A DNA stretch of 64,000 nucleotides, taken from assembly GCF_009914755.1 (NCBI RefSeq), contig NC_060931.1. One strand, given 5' to 3'. Of the stretch, positions 41,201 to 55,045 are shown piece by piece (position 1 is the first letter of the stretch; each line of letters starts with the position of its first letter). The stretch comes from the human T2T-CHM13v2.0 reference genome, Homo sapiens. The notes under the pieces are model-generated. The model was not told where the DNA came from, ran no database searches, and saw only the letters and a program-made list of their open reading frames with translations. The translations under genes were made by a program, and so were the position numbers.

Positions 41201-42385
41201 TATAGCTATAAGTGTCTAAATCAAAAAGAGAAAAAAGTTGAAATGAAAAATCTAATGACGCATCTTAAAGAACTAGAAAAGCAAGAGCAAACCAAACCCC
41301 AAATTAGTAGAAGAAAACAAATAATAAAGAACAGAGTGGAAATAAATGAAATCAAAATGATAAAAATACAAAAGCTCAACAAAACCAAAAATTGGTTTTT
41401 TGAAACAGATATATGAAAAGGTGCTTAACATCATTGATCATCAGAGAAATGAAAATCAAAACTACAACAAAATATAATTTCACCCCAGTTAAAATGGCTT
41501 ATGTCCAAAAGACAGGCAATAACAAATGCTGATGAGGATGTGGAGAAAAGAGAACCCTTGTTCACTGTTGGTGGGAATGTAAATTGCTACAGTCAATATG
41601 CAGAAGAGTTTGGAGGTTCCTCACAAAACTAAACATTGATTTATCATATGAACCCACAATCCTACTGCTGGGTATATATCCAAAAGAAGGGAAATCAGTT
41701 TATTGAGGAGATATCTGCACTCCTATATTTATTGCTACACTGTTTACAACAGCTAAGAATTGGAAGCAACCAGAGCAAGACTCTGCCTCAAAAAAAAAAA
41801 AAAAAAAAAAGAATTGGAAGCAACCTAACTGTCCATCAACAGATGAATGAATAAAGAAAAGGTGACATATACACAATGGGGTACTATTCAGCCATAAAAA
41901 AGAACAAGATCCAGTCATTTGTAACAACATGGATGGAACTGGAGATCATCATGTTATGTGAAATAAGCCAGGCACAGAAGACAAACATCGCATGTTCTCG
42001 ATTATTTGTGGGATCTAAAAATCAAAACTATTGAACTCATGGATATAGAGAGTAGAAGGATGGTTACTAGAGGTTGGAAATAGTAGTAGGGAGTTGGAGG
42101 GAAGGTGGGGATGGTTAAAGGGTACAAAAAATAGAATAAATAAGACCTGCTATTCGATGGCACAATAGTGTGACTATAGTCAATAATAACTTAATTGTAC
42201 ATTTCAAAATAACCTAATGAGTATAAATGTATTGTTTGTAACTCAAAGGATAAATGCTTGAGGGCATGGATACCCTATTCTCCATGATGTGTTTGTTTAT
42301 CTTTGCATGCCTGTATGAAAACATCTCATGTACCTCATAAATATATATACCTACTATTTATCCAAAAAATTAAAAATTAAAAAGT
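38211..42385 (+). mobile_element. L1MA1-3-like element with 5'UTR, decayed ORF1, ORF2 endonuclease, large internal deletion and 3'UTR
   Basis: ORF1 motifs (gcagacttttcagtggaaacctta); EN start MAGVGSNLSVITLNVNGLN..CCLQEIHL at 40304; 3' end taactcaaaggataaatgcttgag..aaaaattaaaaattaaaaa. Confidence 0.92.
41772..41810 (+). mobile_element. Extremely 5'-truncated Alu stub (18 nt + poly-A)
   Basis: agagcaagactctgcctc-A21 between perfect 17-bp TSDs aagaattggaagcaacc. Confidence 0.85.
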
Positions 42386-44429
42386 TATACTTTGCTTACT
42401 TTGCTTATATTGGAGTCAATTATACTACATGATTATTATGAATGATATAATCAAAATTAAAAGGGTAAAGTTGATGCACAATTTCTTTCATAATTAGAAG
42501 TGTCAAAAGATGTAAATAACATAGAGAAGTCAGTTCAAACAACAAAAATATCAGTAACAATTTTATCATCCTGAGAGAATCTTCAAAGAAATAAAATTAT
42601 GTGTCAAGTTATTTCATAAAAAGTGCAAATATTCTGTTCTTTATATCACAATGAAGAATTAGCAAATAATTCACTTTGACTTGGTAGATGTTTAATAAAT
42701 AACATAAAAAATCAAATGTCATTTGATCCCTGAATTCCATTTGAAAAGTTATCAATCTCTTTAATAAATAGAATTCAATTTCAAATGTTATCAATGTTAG
42801 AGTGTATACAATATCCTGCAATAATTGATTTTCCATTGAAAAATAAGAATTGACTAAGAAGAAAACAGTTTAACAGCAATTTCTGCCAACTGAATAGAAT
42901 AAAACTTAACTATGTTCCCTCCAGCTTTCTAATATTCATGTAGAGAAATTCTTTCTCTAATTGTAAATAGGATTACAACTGTAAAAGTAATGGCAATATA
43001 GTTCTATATGAATTATAGAGGGTTTTCATATGTATACCATCTGATTGGTGGTTATTTCAGTTAAAAGGAGTAAAATTTAACCCATTTCACTTGTGGTAAT
43101 ACCTTCGGTATTAATAAGGAGCACCAATACAGGACTCACACAAAAAAGTTATTTTGCCCATTTTTTTTCTCATTTTATCTTCACAGCAATCCAGTAAAAT
43201 AGATAGGGTAAGCAAATCCCCATTTTCACAATAAAACCCCCATAGTTTTAGAAACCACATTTGGTGGCAGTTTGAAAAGCCAGGTCTCCTCATTCCTCAT
43301 CTAAGTTATTTTGGTATTATAAAGGTTTTTTTAATTTTTAAGTTATACAGAATATCTAATTATAAACTTCTGGCTATTTTATAGCTAATATCTTAGATGT
43401 AAGTGCATAATCAGTATAAATAAATATATTGAATTACAATAAAACATCACATCAAGTCCACAAATATTTAGTCAGTAAGTGCCAAAGAGAATACTAAATT
43501 CTGGGCCACTTATATCAATTAGTTATAATTTCTGACATGATTACTCCTACTATGGAGTAGGAACATCATGAACAAATGCTCACAGAAGGCAAATAACATC
43601 ATGGATCTGGGATCAGAGTGGGGCTGGTGGGTGTATAGATGGGAGGTGAGAATGGATAAAGATGAGTTTGTATAGCTGGAATGTGTTGTGGAAGGCTTAC
43701 AGCTAAAATTTTATTTGGACTTAATTAATTTTCTAATATTAAGACATAAAAGGAAAGGTTTATAATAATTAGATCATTATTTTAAAAACATCTTGCCATT
43801 TGGAGAGGATGTATGCATTTCTCCTCCAACTTCAGCAGGTTAGTTTCAGTTTCTTTTGTGTTTTCTCTGTTTCTTGTACACACTTCTGTTATCCTCAAAA
43901 CGTTATACTTTAATTTATTCAGTTATGTAATTGCCTCTATTTTGACAATGGAGACACTAGTGAATGACAATTTGCTGAATGAATGAATGGATAAAATCAG
44001 AGAGACTGGAAGCCCGGAGAATGGTTAAGATTTAAAAAAAATAAGACAGGAATTCAAAATTGCAATTGATTATTAATTCTTACATGAAATAAAATTTTCA
44101 GAAAATATTGTCATGATGAAAAAATAGGACTGCTGAGAATCAGTTCTTGGAATCAATATAGTACTTAAATTCATTTTTTCCACAGTTTATTAATGCAAAC
44201 TGTCTAAGCACTCTAAAATATTGAGAGATTTTATTCACCTTTGTTCTCATAAATAAAGTGATATTGATACAGCCATAATTTTCTTAAATAAAGAAGTATT
44301 ACAGAATGATTTTCCTTCATAAACATTAAAACTGTGGCTCTTGGCTGCCTTTTGTCCTACTGAGATGCAAATTACAAATGATAGAAATAAAAAAAAAAAT
44401 TGAACTGCCACCTGTAGAACCACACAAAT

Positions 44430-44772
<343 letters not shown>

Positions 44773-45069
44773 CTACTAAAATATATGGATTTATTGTGTT
44801 AATTTAAAATAAGATGCAAGACTTAGATACAAAATACTCTGTTGGCTTGCTGTATTATGCAGGGATTTAAGTTTTTAAAAAATGGTGAAGGGATTTTGGC
44901 TTATAAATATGAATACCTAATAAATGAATGAACATATTGAGATCATTTTCATTAACTAAATTAAATACACATATTGTGTTGATACATATGTATATCTATT
45001 ATACATATATATAACTATTTCTTAACACCTCCCTGTTCCCACCTTGGTCTTAACTTACATAGGTTCTTA

Positions 45070-45735
45070 CCAACTCTCCTTGCTTCTACTCTTTACCTCT
45101 TTAAAACTATTCTTAATACAGCAGTAAGAGTGATCCTATTTAAACGTCATTCAGCTTATGTCAGGTCAATTGCGTCTCATCTCACATAAGTACACGTTAA
45201 AGTCCTTACAATGGCCTGCAAGATTTGACCCCTGCTACTTTTGGTATCCGCTCTTTCACGTGTTCACTCAGTTTCAGCCACGTTGGCTTCCTTTCTGTCT
45301 TGCTGTTCTTGGCACACAACAAGCATGCTCTTGCTCAGGATATTTGTGTCCTTGTCACTTCTCTGCCTATAATGCAAGACAACTCCCAGATCATTCTTTC
45401 CCCTCCTTGGTGGCTTTACTGAATTTTTGCCTACTTGCCAAAGCTTTCTCTTACCACCTCACCTCAAATTGCAACCACATCCTCCTACGTGCCATACCCA
45501 CCCTCCTTGCTATATTTTTCTCCTTAGCGTTTATTATCGTCTAATATATGATACTTAATATATTATATGAGATATATTTAACATTTATATATGATATTAA
45601 TATTTGTTATAATCTGTCTTAGCTATTAGAATGTAAGACCCATGCTTTCTTCACTGAAGCCCTCACATGTCCAAGAAGAGAAATTACTTTATACAATATG
45701 TACTAAAAAAAACTTTGAAAAAATGAATGAATAAA
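45070..45735 (+). mobile_element. L2 3' region
   Basis: agagtgatcctatttaaa; aagtccttacaatggcctgcaag; tagaatgtaag; gaatgaataaat end. Confidence 0.7.
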
Positions 45736-45875
45736 TAATGGCATTCAGCAAACTCAAGTGCTGTGGCTGACAGTGACTACGATTTGGGGAATGAGTAGAG
45801 TGTAAAAGGAAACAAAAGTAGCTTAAGAGAAAAATAAAGGAATCTTATTTTCCTTCACTACTCTCAATGAAATTT

Positions 45876-45878
<3 letters not shown>

Positions 45879-45922
<44 letters not shown>
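45879..45922. repeat. (AC)22 microsatellite
   Basis: Perfect run. Confidence 0.97.
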
Positions 45923-45924
<2 letters not shown>

Positions 45925-46341
45925 CTTTAATATGAATTTCTTGAGGACTGAAGTAAAAACCTGCATTCTTGTAGGCTATTGTTTCCACTTCGGCACTTAT
46001 CATTGTATCTGGAATAGTACTCCATAACTATGCTGAACTATTAAAAATTAATTAAAATAAATGAGAACCTTAAAAGATCTGTATAGTTCCTGGACAGTGT
46101 CTTGCCCTCAGGAGCTTATAGTCTGCTCTTAGAAACTACCTGAAGGTTAGTTGGAATTCTTTTGAGTGGGGGAAAAATCTGTAAGCTCCATTTAGTCATG
46201 GTGTTGGTTCTAATGCAAGCAGAGTCAACCAATGTATTCTGCATTTCTTTATTTCTGTATTTTCTTTCAATGAAACTAAAAGAATACATATATCAAAATT
46301 AAAAGGAAGACAAACATCATTAATTTTAAAAAAAGAGTTTT

Positions 46342-46502
46342 GGTCCAGGTGCAGCGGCTCAGGCCTTTAATCCCAGAACTTTGGGAGGCTGATGCAGGAG
46401 GATCGTTTGAGCACAGAAGGTCAAGGCTAGCCTGGGCAACATGGCAACACTCCTGTCTCTACAAAAAATTTAAAAGAATTAGCATATGTGGTAGTGCATG
46501 CC
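46342..46502 (+). mobile_element. AluJ left arm / partial Alu
   Basis: ggaggatcgtttgagc..agcctgggcaacatggc. Confidence 0.85.
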
Positions 46503-48589
46503 TTTTTACTACTTACAATATTCTAAGCATGACATTATGTTTCCTATATCTTATTCCTAAATTTGATAACAATTTTGCCAACTATTATCCCTGTTATCCA
46601 GCTAAGAACACCTGGGTACTAAAAGTTTTAAAAAATCCAGGCAATAAGTACCAGATCTGAATTTAAATCCTGATCTAACTCTAAAAGCATGGCTGTCTAC
46701 AAACCACTGGAGATACTAAAGCATTGGCTGGTGGAAGATCTGGTATGGATATTAAAAAGAGAGGTTAGCATCCTTGCTTCCAAAGTAACCACTCCAAGCT
46801 TACGAAAAAGTGCAGTCTATTCCAAGAAATATTGGTTAGACAAATCCGGAAATCTAACTGTAGGAACAATTGTTCCTTATGAAGCAATATCACTGAACAC
46901 AGAAATACCTCAAAGTATGTCAACCTTGATGAAGGCAATCAAATTAGGATTTGGGGCATTGTACCACATAAAACAGGACATTATTTAGTTTCCTTCATGT
47001 CCCTATCACAAAGATTATAATGTAAGCATAATTCTCCTCTGATAAATTTCAAAATAAATGGATAAAGAAGAGAAATATGTTTCTTTGTACTGGCAATGTA
47101 TCTAATCACTAGTATCGTGATGTGGTGTGATATCACTACATCTTGAAAATAATATATTAGAACCTATCAGCCCAGGGACCAGTAATTTGTATTTTTCTTC
47201 ACAGAAGAGAGTTTCCTAAATATATATTAGAAAATCTTCATATCAACATGAAATGTGGTCTGTGTCATGTGTACCTAACGCACCAGCTTTAAGGAATTTT
47301 GAGAAATCTCATGCTAATGACCAATCCGTACCTGGTAATCCCCCTGGAACAAGAACAAGGAAGCTCACTCATCTGTGTGCTGTGTTTCTTGATCTCCAAC
47401 CTTGATCACTGCCATGCCATCTGTAACATATGCCAAAAAAGCATAAGCAGAAATAGAGACTTTCTTGCCTAGGAGCATTCTTCCTTATGTTATGCTGGAG
47501 TGCGTCCTCTGTCCTCTAGTAATGCTACTGGAATTAGCTCTTCTACCAAAGACTTTTTCATGACAAGGAATTCCAGAGGCCAACTTCTAAAATCAAAACC
47601 ACCACTCCAAAAACAGCTAATTTCATCCTTACTTCAATCCCTGATTCTCAGCATTACATCCAACAGCATTTTCTTGCCAGAAACCCTGTCAGTTCATCTT
47701 TAAGAAGAAGAGCAAGCTAGCTGGACCAATTTCACTCACCTACTCTGAAACAACTAAAAACTAAGAATATAAAAGTATGCATGAACTATAATTCATGTCA
47801 CAGAGGCATTTCCTCACAGAATACCTATGGACAAACAATGAAGTTTCTCTCATTTCATTACAAGTCTTATGGCCTTGGACGTGCTTACTTGCCATGTAGC
47901 TCTGGCTAAATCTATAAGCAAACATAGGATATCACTGGTTTTAGCTTTGTGCTCTTCCATGCTGTGTTACCACTGATTCATTAAGAATGTTCTTGAAGAC
48001 ACATTCAGATTTTAATGTTATATTTCTATCTTAGCTCCAAAGAGTTTTACAAAAATTTTCTAAATTTATCAATTATAATAATATAGATACAAGTTATCTT
48101 CAAAAGATTTTATTAAATTAACAAAGTTGAACAACTTATCAATATAAACAATTGTTTTAGGTTCATTGGATATATGATATTTAGTCCTTGTGGATTCATT
48201 GTTCTCTTACAAAAATTGCTGAAGTTTTAAAAGTATCACGATGGTAATGTATTTCACAATTATGTTATAACACAGACAACTAGGATGAAAATTAATTTGG
48301 AGAACTAGTTCAAAAAATCCAGTGATTAAATAAAGCTTAGAACCAATGATATGTATATAAAAGTTTAGATTTAGTCCATGATATTAACCAAGTAAAATTG
48401 ATTTTATCTATATTTTCTACTCTACCTTTTCTGGAGATATAATATTGGCATAAATTGATAAAACCATATAATATTGTTAATAAGTTTAACAATTGCTATG
48501 GATAATTGTTTTAATGTCCTAACTCTTGTTATTGTATTAATTCAGAATACAATGACTAAGTCTCTAAGTAGAGCAAAAACCTGCATTGT

Positions 48590-51500
48590 GAACTTATTGA
48601 AGACTCAACTGGACATGATTATATGTCTAATTTTTTTCCAAATTAATCAGTCTCTTCAATGAAATTACTATCAAATCTCAACAGAGATTGTCATGAAAAT
48701 TGAAAAACAGATTCCAGAATTTATATGCAAAACCAAAGGGTCAAGAATTGTTCCGAGAGCATCCTGACAAACGGCTCTAGGATGGATCCACCTACGAAAT
48801 GCCAGGATTTAATATAAAGATGTTACAATTAAAACAGTGTGATATCGGTGTAGGGATAGAAAAATAGACCAGAACAGAGAACCTGGAAAAGATCTGTGCA
48901 TGCCTTTTAAAACTTAATATATGACAGATGGGACTAGCAGATCAGTGTGAGTAATAATACACTATTCAAAAAATGGTGCACAGTAGTAGTAAAGAAAAAT
49001 AAGAAAGCAATCCTATTTAAAACAGCTACAGTATAATGAAATACCTAAGAATAAATTTAACTAAATAAATGAAAGATCTTTACAATGGAAACTATAAAAC
49101 ATGAAATATCTTTTCATTCTTATGTGTCCTCTTCAATTTTTTCAATGGATAAAAAATAGAAAGGACACATAAAAAATGGAAAGATATTTCATGTTCATGG
49201 ATTGAAAAAATTAATATTGTTAAATGTCCACACTATGCAAAATGATCTGCAGATTCAATGCAATCTCTATCAAAATATCAATCAATGTCATTCTTCACAG
49301 AAATACAAAAAAATTTCTAATAGTTGAGTGGAACCACAAAAGGCCCTGAATAGACAAAGCAATCTTAAGTGAAAAGAACAAAGCTGGAGGCATCACACTG
49401 CCTGGCTTCAAAATATACTACAATGGTATACTAACCAAAAGAGCATGGCATGGCATAAAAATAGACACATAGACTAATGGAACAGAATACAGAACCCAGA
49501 AATAAGTACATGCATTTACAGCCAACACAGTTTCAACAAAGGCACAAAGAATATACGCTGGCAAAAGGATAGTCTTTTTAAGAAATGGTGCTGACAAAAC
49601 TGGATATTCATATGCAGAAGATTAAAATTAGAGCATTATCTCTTACATATCAAAATAAACTCTAAATGAACTAAAGACTTAAATTTAAGACCTGAGCTTA
49701 TGAAACTACTAGAAGAAAAACATTAAAAGAATACTCCAGGACATTGGTATGGGCAAAAATGTTTTGAGTAAGACCTCAAAAGCACAAGCAACAAAAGCAA
49801 AATTTGACAAATGGGATTACGTCAACCTAAAAAGCTTCTGCATGGCAAAGGAAACAATCAACAAAGTGAAGAGACAACCTACAGAATGGGAGAAAATATT
49901 TGCAAACTATCCATCTGACAAGGGATGAATAGGTAGAATGTATAAGGAACTCAAACAACTTAATAGCAAAAAAAACCCCAAATAATTTGATTTAAAAAAT
50001 GAGCAAAAGATCTGAATATACATTTCTCAAAAGAAGACATACAAATGGCCAACAGATACATTAAAATGCTCAATATCACTAGTCATCAGGGAAATCCAAA
50101 TTAAAACCACAATGAGATTTCACCTCACCCCATTAAAAATGGCTCTTTTCAAAATAGAGATGCTGGCAAGGAGATGAGAATAGCAGATGCTGGCAAAGAC
50201 TTGAAGAAAGAGAAATGCTCATACACTGTTTGTGGCCATGTAAATTAGTCCAACCACTATAAAAAACAGTATGGAGATTCCTCAAAAAACCAAAAATAGA
50301 ACTACCATACAATACACTGATCCCACTGCTAGGTATATATCAAAAGAAAGGAAATAAGTATATAGAAGAGATACCTGCACTCCCATGTCTATTACAGCAC
50401 TATTCAAAATAGCCAAGAGATGGAATCAAACTGTGTTCATTAAGAGATGAATGAGTAAAAACTGTGGTATCAATACATAATAGAATATTATTCATTCATT
50501 GAAAGAATGAAATCATATTATTTGCAGCAACATAAGTGGAACTGGAGGACATTATGTTAAGTGAAATAAGCCAGACACAGAAAGACAAATATTACATGTT
50601 CTCACTCATATGTGGGAGCTAAATAAATTGATCTCATTAATATAGTAAATAAAATAGCCGTTACCTCATGTTGGAATGGGTGGTGTGGAGGGGGGAATGA
50701 TGAGGGATTGTTTAATGAGACAAATGTACAGTTAGATAGGAATAACTTCTAGAGTTTGATAGCACAAAGGGTGACTATAGTTAGCAATAATTTATTGTAT
50801 ATTTCAAAGTAGCAAGAAGGAAAGATTTTAAGTGTTCCCAACACAAAGAAATAATAAACATTTGAGGTGATGGATATCCCAATTATCCAGATTTCATCAT
50901 TACACATTATATGCATGCATGAAAATATCACATGTACTCTATAAATATGTACAACTATTATGTGCCAATAAAAAAAATGACCCAGAAGCATACAGCCCCT
51001 CAGGAGCTGAGCCACTCTAGAGATGGCTCAGGGATGATTGTTGAAAAAACAAGACAAAAGTCCTGTTAAAGTTTCTGAAATATAAAGCTTTAAAAAATGG
51101 TGCATAGGAAACTGATTATACATATTCAGAAGGAAAAAAAAACTAAAATATGAACTTTCTACTTTGGACCACAGATACATTAAAAACAACTTAATTCTTT
51201 GAGCTTAAGAACATTTCTGAAATGTAACATTTTACAGTTTTTAGAAGAAAAAAAGAATAATATATTTAAGACTTCAGGGCATGGAGAATTTCCTAAACAG
51301 TGCAACACATTTACAAAACTTAATTGAAACAAAATGACAAATTTGACTATTAAAACTTCAAATTTTACAAAAAATAAAGAGACAGAAAATAAAAATATAA
51401 GCCATACACTGGGAAAAGGTATTTATATCCTACATATTTGACAAAGGATTATATCCAGAATATATAAAGATGCCCTAAAATGGTTAAAAATACACAAACA

Positions 51501-52440
51501 ATCCAATGAAAGAACAGGCAAAAAGACGAGTCAAATCTCAGATGAGAAAAATCCACAAGCTCACAAGGTTAATAAAATATGATCATACTCAGCACTACTG
51601 AAGGAAAAGTAAATGAAAGCAACAATGGGAAACCATTGCACAACAGAGTTGATAAAAGGAAATGTAAAGAAAGAGGAACAAGTATGTATAGAGATGAGAA
51701 CACTAATTTGACCCTGACAAATGTAAAAACAGTATGAAACACTTGGGAGAGAAATTTGGAAAAAAAAACAAACTAGTTGAAGAAGCCACAGAACATTCTT
51801 CCACATTATTTGACAAGATTGATAGTCATTATAACACAGAAATTTAAGTTGTATTGTAGAATAAACTCCTACACATGGTCACAAGGAGACTACGTGAAAA
51901 ACTAATTATAGCATTGTCTAAAGCGGTAAAAATAAAGCAAACCAAAACTATAATGTCCTAAATAACCAGGGAATGCTTAAATCAAACTGCAGCGGAGACA
52001 TACAGTAACAGAATTCTACCCAGTAGTGAAAATAAAGGAACTAGAGTTACATGTACGTTTTGATTAATCTCCAAAACTTCAGGTGACTTAAAAGTGGCAC
52101 AAAGACATGTGTGGCAAGATATTCTTTAAATAAAATTTTTCAAATAAGCAAAACGAATCTTATATAGTTGTGGATACATACATAACACTGCAAAGAAATG
52201 GAAGCAAAAGTATAACCCGAATTAAGTCTGATATTTTATCCTGGGATAGTAACAGAGGTTTGTGAGTTGAGGGGAGACTACAGGAAGCTTTTACTAATTT
52301 ATAGAGGCCTATTTCTTTTTAAAATATGGAAGAAACATGGTAAAATTGTAAGACAATGAAACAGTATGATAGGTACATGGCTGTTTGCTATATTATTCTG
52401 TAAGTTTTTTTTTTTTTTTTTTTGTACATTCGAACCTTTT
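48590..52440 (+). mobile_element. Older L1 (L1MC/ME-type) host element, split by the insertion at 48981-51091
   Basis: Degenerate ORF2 3' motifs continue across the break: actattcaa-aaatggtgc|..ggaaactgatta. Confidence 0.65.
48981..50977 (+). mobile_element. 5'-truncated L1MA element inserted into an older L1
   Basis: ORF2 3' motifs, 3'UTR ending gccaataaaaaaaa; flanking direct repeat aaaaaatggtgca. Confidence 0.92.
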
Positions 52441-53535
52441 TAATGAAAATTACAGGTCATCGCCTGGTTAAGTGTTAAATAGCATGCATCAGACCATGAG
52501 AAAGCTGAGACACTCCATCCCCCATCCACACTCCCGTCATCCTCTTCCACTCTCATTAGAATCAATGAGATGTAAGGTGATGCACTGGGCATCTTAATAA
52601 GTGAAATAAGAAAAAAGTAGGAATAAGCTATGTGAGTCTTATACGGCAATTTTGCTGACTGGGGAAGAGGCTCAGTTTAAGGAAGGAACATCATGTCCAG
52701 TTTTAGGCATTTTAAACATCAAACCTTGCGCCTACTGTGTAATGCAGAAATTCGACTATTGAGTTGTTTCAATGAAAATTTACAAGACTGAGAGCAAAAC
52801 ACATTCACTATTAAGTGCAAATGAATCACAAACAGGCAGAAAACACTTCCACATAGTAATTGCTATTTTGAGTTGAGATTTTAACTTCTAATCTAAAACT
52901 CCTCTGTTTTGTGTCCTCACCCTTGCTCAACCACAGAATAAAGACAATATTTTGGATCTTCTGGACTAAAGAAGAACTGGCAGAGAAAAATCTCCTCATA
53001 CTCAGTCACTGCACAGGAAGATGGTCCTGTAGTTCTAGATTGGGGGGGTGGTTTCTGTCAGTAACAACCCTGTCCTCCCATCCCAGAGATCTGAATTTAA
53101 ATTTAAAGCAAAGTAACACTGAGGGAAAAAATAAACCTAAAGTAAATGTATGTAAATATATGAGCAGTTAAGTTCAAGGTTGTGAGAACATGTGCCCAGA
53201 GGTAACTTTGCATTTTGTATACTATTTTAAAAAGATAATCGAAAGGTTTAGAAATATTGATGCTGTCTTAAATGCTTAAATTTACATGATTAATTACAAA
53301 TAGTAGTGTATAAACTGCACATATCGTTTTATTTGCTTCACACAATCCCGCGAGGAGTGACATCTTAATAAGTATCCTACTTTTGAAAACAAAGGTTTTT
53401 TTTTTTTAAATCACTTATTTCTTTATATATTGCTTGGATCTTTGCTACTGGCATTGTGCTGGACACAGTATAAAGGAAAAAAAACTGACAAGGTCAAGGT
53501 ACACAATAGATGTGTGCACAAAGTGGTAAGGAACA

Positions 53536-53646
53536 CAGTGCAGGGGCACAATCTCGGTTCACTGCAACCTCTGCCTCCTGGGCTCAAGTGATCACCTTGA
53601 CTCCCAACGCAATGAGATTACAGGAGTGAGCCACTGTGACGGGCCT
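53536..53646 (-). mobile_element. Alu monomer-length fragment
   Basis: caatctcggttcactgcaacctctgcctcctgggctcaagtgat..gattacaggagtgagccactg. Confidence 0.8.
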
Positions 53647-54929
53647 GAATCTGGTCTGTATCGGAGTCAAAAAGAAGTTTCCCTTCGTCATGAGATCTTG
53701 ACAATTGTATTATGAATTTCCCAAATTTGGAGAGGGTTGAAACATTGATCTTAGGTGAACATATGCAGATAGTTATTTTTAAAGAATAAGCATGTAGTAA
53801 ATTCAAAACTTCCTAAAATTGTAATCAGTAGGTTTTACCTAGTAAAACAGTCAAGAGAAAATACAGTTATTTATAGAGGAAGCATTTATTGTTTTAAGTC
53901 TATTAGGTAAGATGCTGGTTATACTGAACTTAAATATAAAAAGGTATATAATAATTAATCTAGGGTAAAGATTTAAAATGAAAGTTGTAAATATATATTC
54001 AAAGTCCATATATTCTAGTACACTTTTAGATGCTCAAACTAGTTCAACAAGAAATACCAATGACAAAGACCAAAATGAGAGACAACATTGTATACCATTG
54101 AATACTCCAACATTGCTGAACATCTCACAGCCTCAACACTGTTGGTCAAAAAATTGTTAAAATTGTAATCCTAAATCAAATAGCAAGAAATAGCACTTCA
54201 GAAACTTAGATTTGTAAATTCCCCAGATCTTTTGTCTTCATCTTTTTTACAGAACAAAGACTAATTTATGCAACTAAAATAAAGAATAATAGGTGGCAAA
54301 AGATTATTCTCTGTCCAGTATTTGTGGTAGGAATGTTTACTAAATGTTACTGGAAAATAAATGTTAAGATTTTGGGATATTATAATCCTTCAAGTACTTG
54401 ATTCTCTGAGTTCTTTCAGGAAATCATTGTAGATTGATTGACAACTAAAAAATTGGTTCAGGACATTTTTAATAGTAAAGTTCTTGAACTGCATTTTTTT
54501 ATTTTAGGAGATGGCACACATACCATTAGGAGTGTTTTAAAACCATTTTATTGAGTATAATCTAATGATTTTGCAATAGTAATTATTCCTAATTCTCTAA
54601 AACATAACATTCTCCTACATTATGTAACAAGGTAGACTAACTTGTTTAGAAACTAGATTTTTCAAAAAAAGATTGAATAAAAATCTTTTTTTCAATCAAA
54701 TAACCAGAGCAGTCACTCAGCACCTTCAGAATAGTACTTGGCTTATGAACATCAGAAAACCTATATGATTGCTCAATATATTTTAAATGAATGCATCAAG
54801 ACAACAAAAGCTAGAAGGAATTTGAAAATACTCCTGTTTTCCCAAAGCCAACATAGTCAGAGTCTATGCCACTGAGTGCTGCAAAAGTGTTAAAATGTTA
54901 GACTCTGATGTCTTAAAATCCTGTTATAT

Positions 54930-55045
54930 GCTAGGTAGCCTGATTTGATCATTCCATAATGTACATATGCATTGAAACATCACATTGTAACTCATAAATC
55001 TATACAGGTATTATTGTCAATTAAAAATCAAAATAAAACTATAAA
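54930..55045 (+). mobile_element. L1MA 3'-end fragment
   Basis: tagcctgatttgatcattccataatgtacat..aaacatcacattgta..ttgtcaattaaaaa. Confidence 0.7.

Noticed and set aside
37329-41854. L1 ORF1/ORF2 peptide fragments as genes
   Set aside because: Multiple stops and frameshifts, RT deleted; fossil elements
50158-50197. Small duplication agatgctggcaa in L1
   Set aside because: Ordinary local slippage in a dead element
54664-54697. Short AT-rich inverted repeats (also about 47119-47142 and 55258-55279)
   Set aside because: Expected by chance in low-complexity AT-rich DNA
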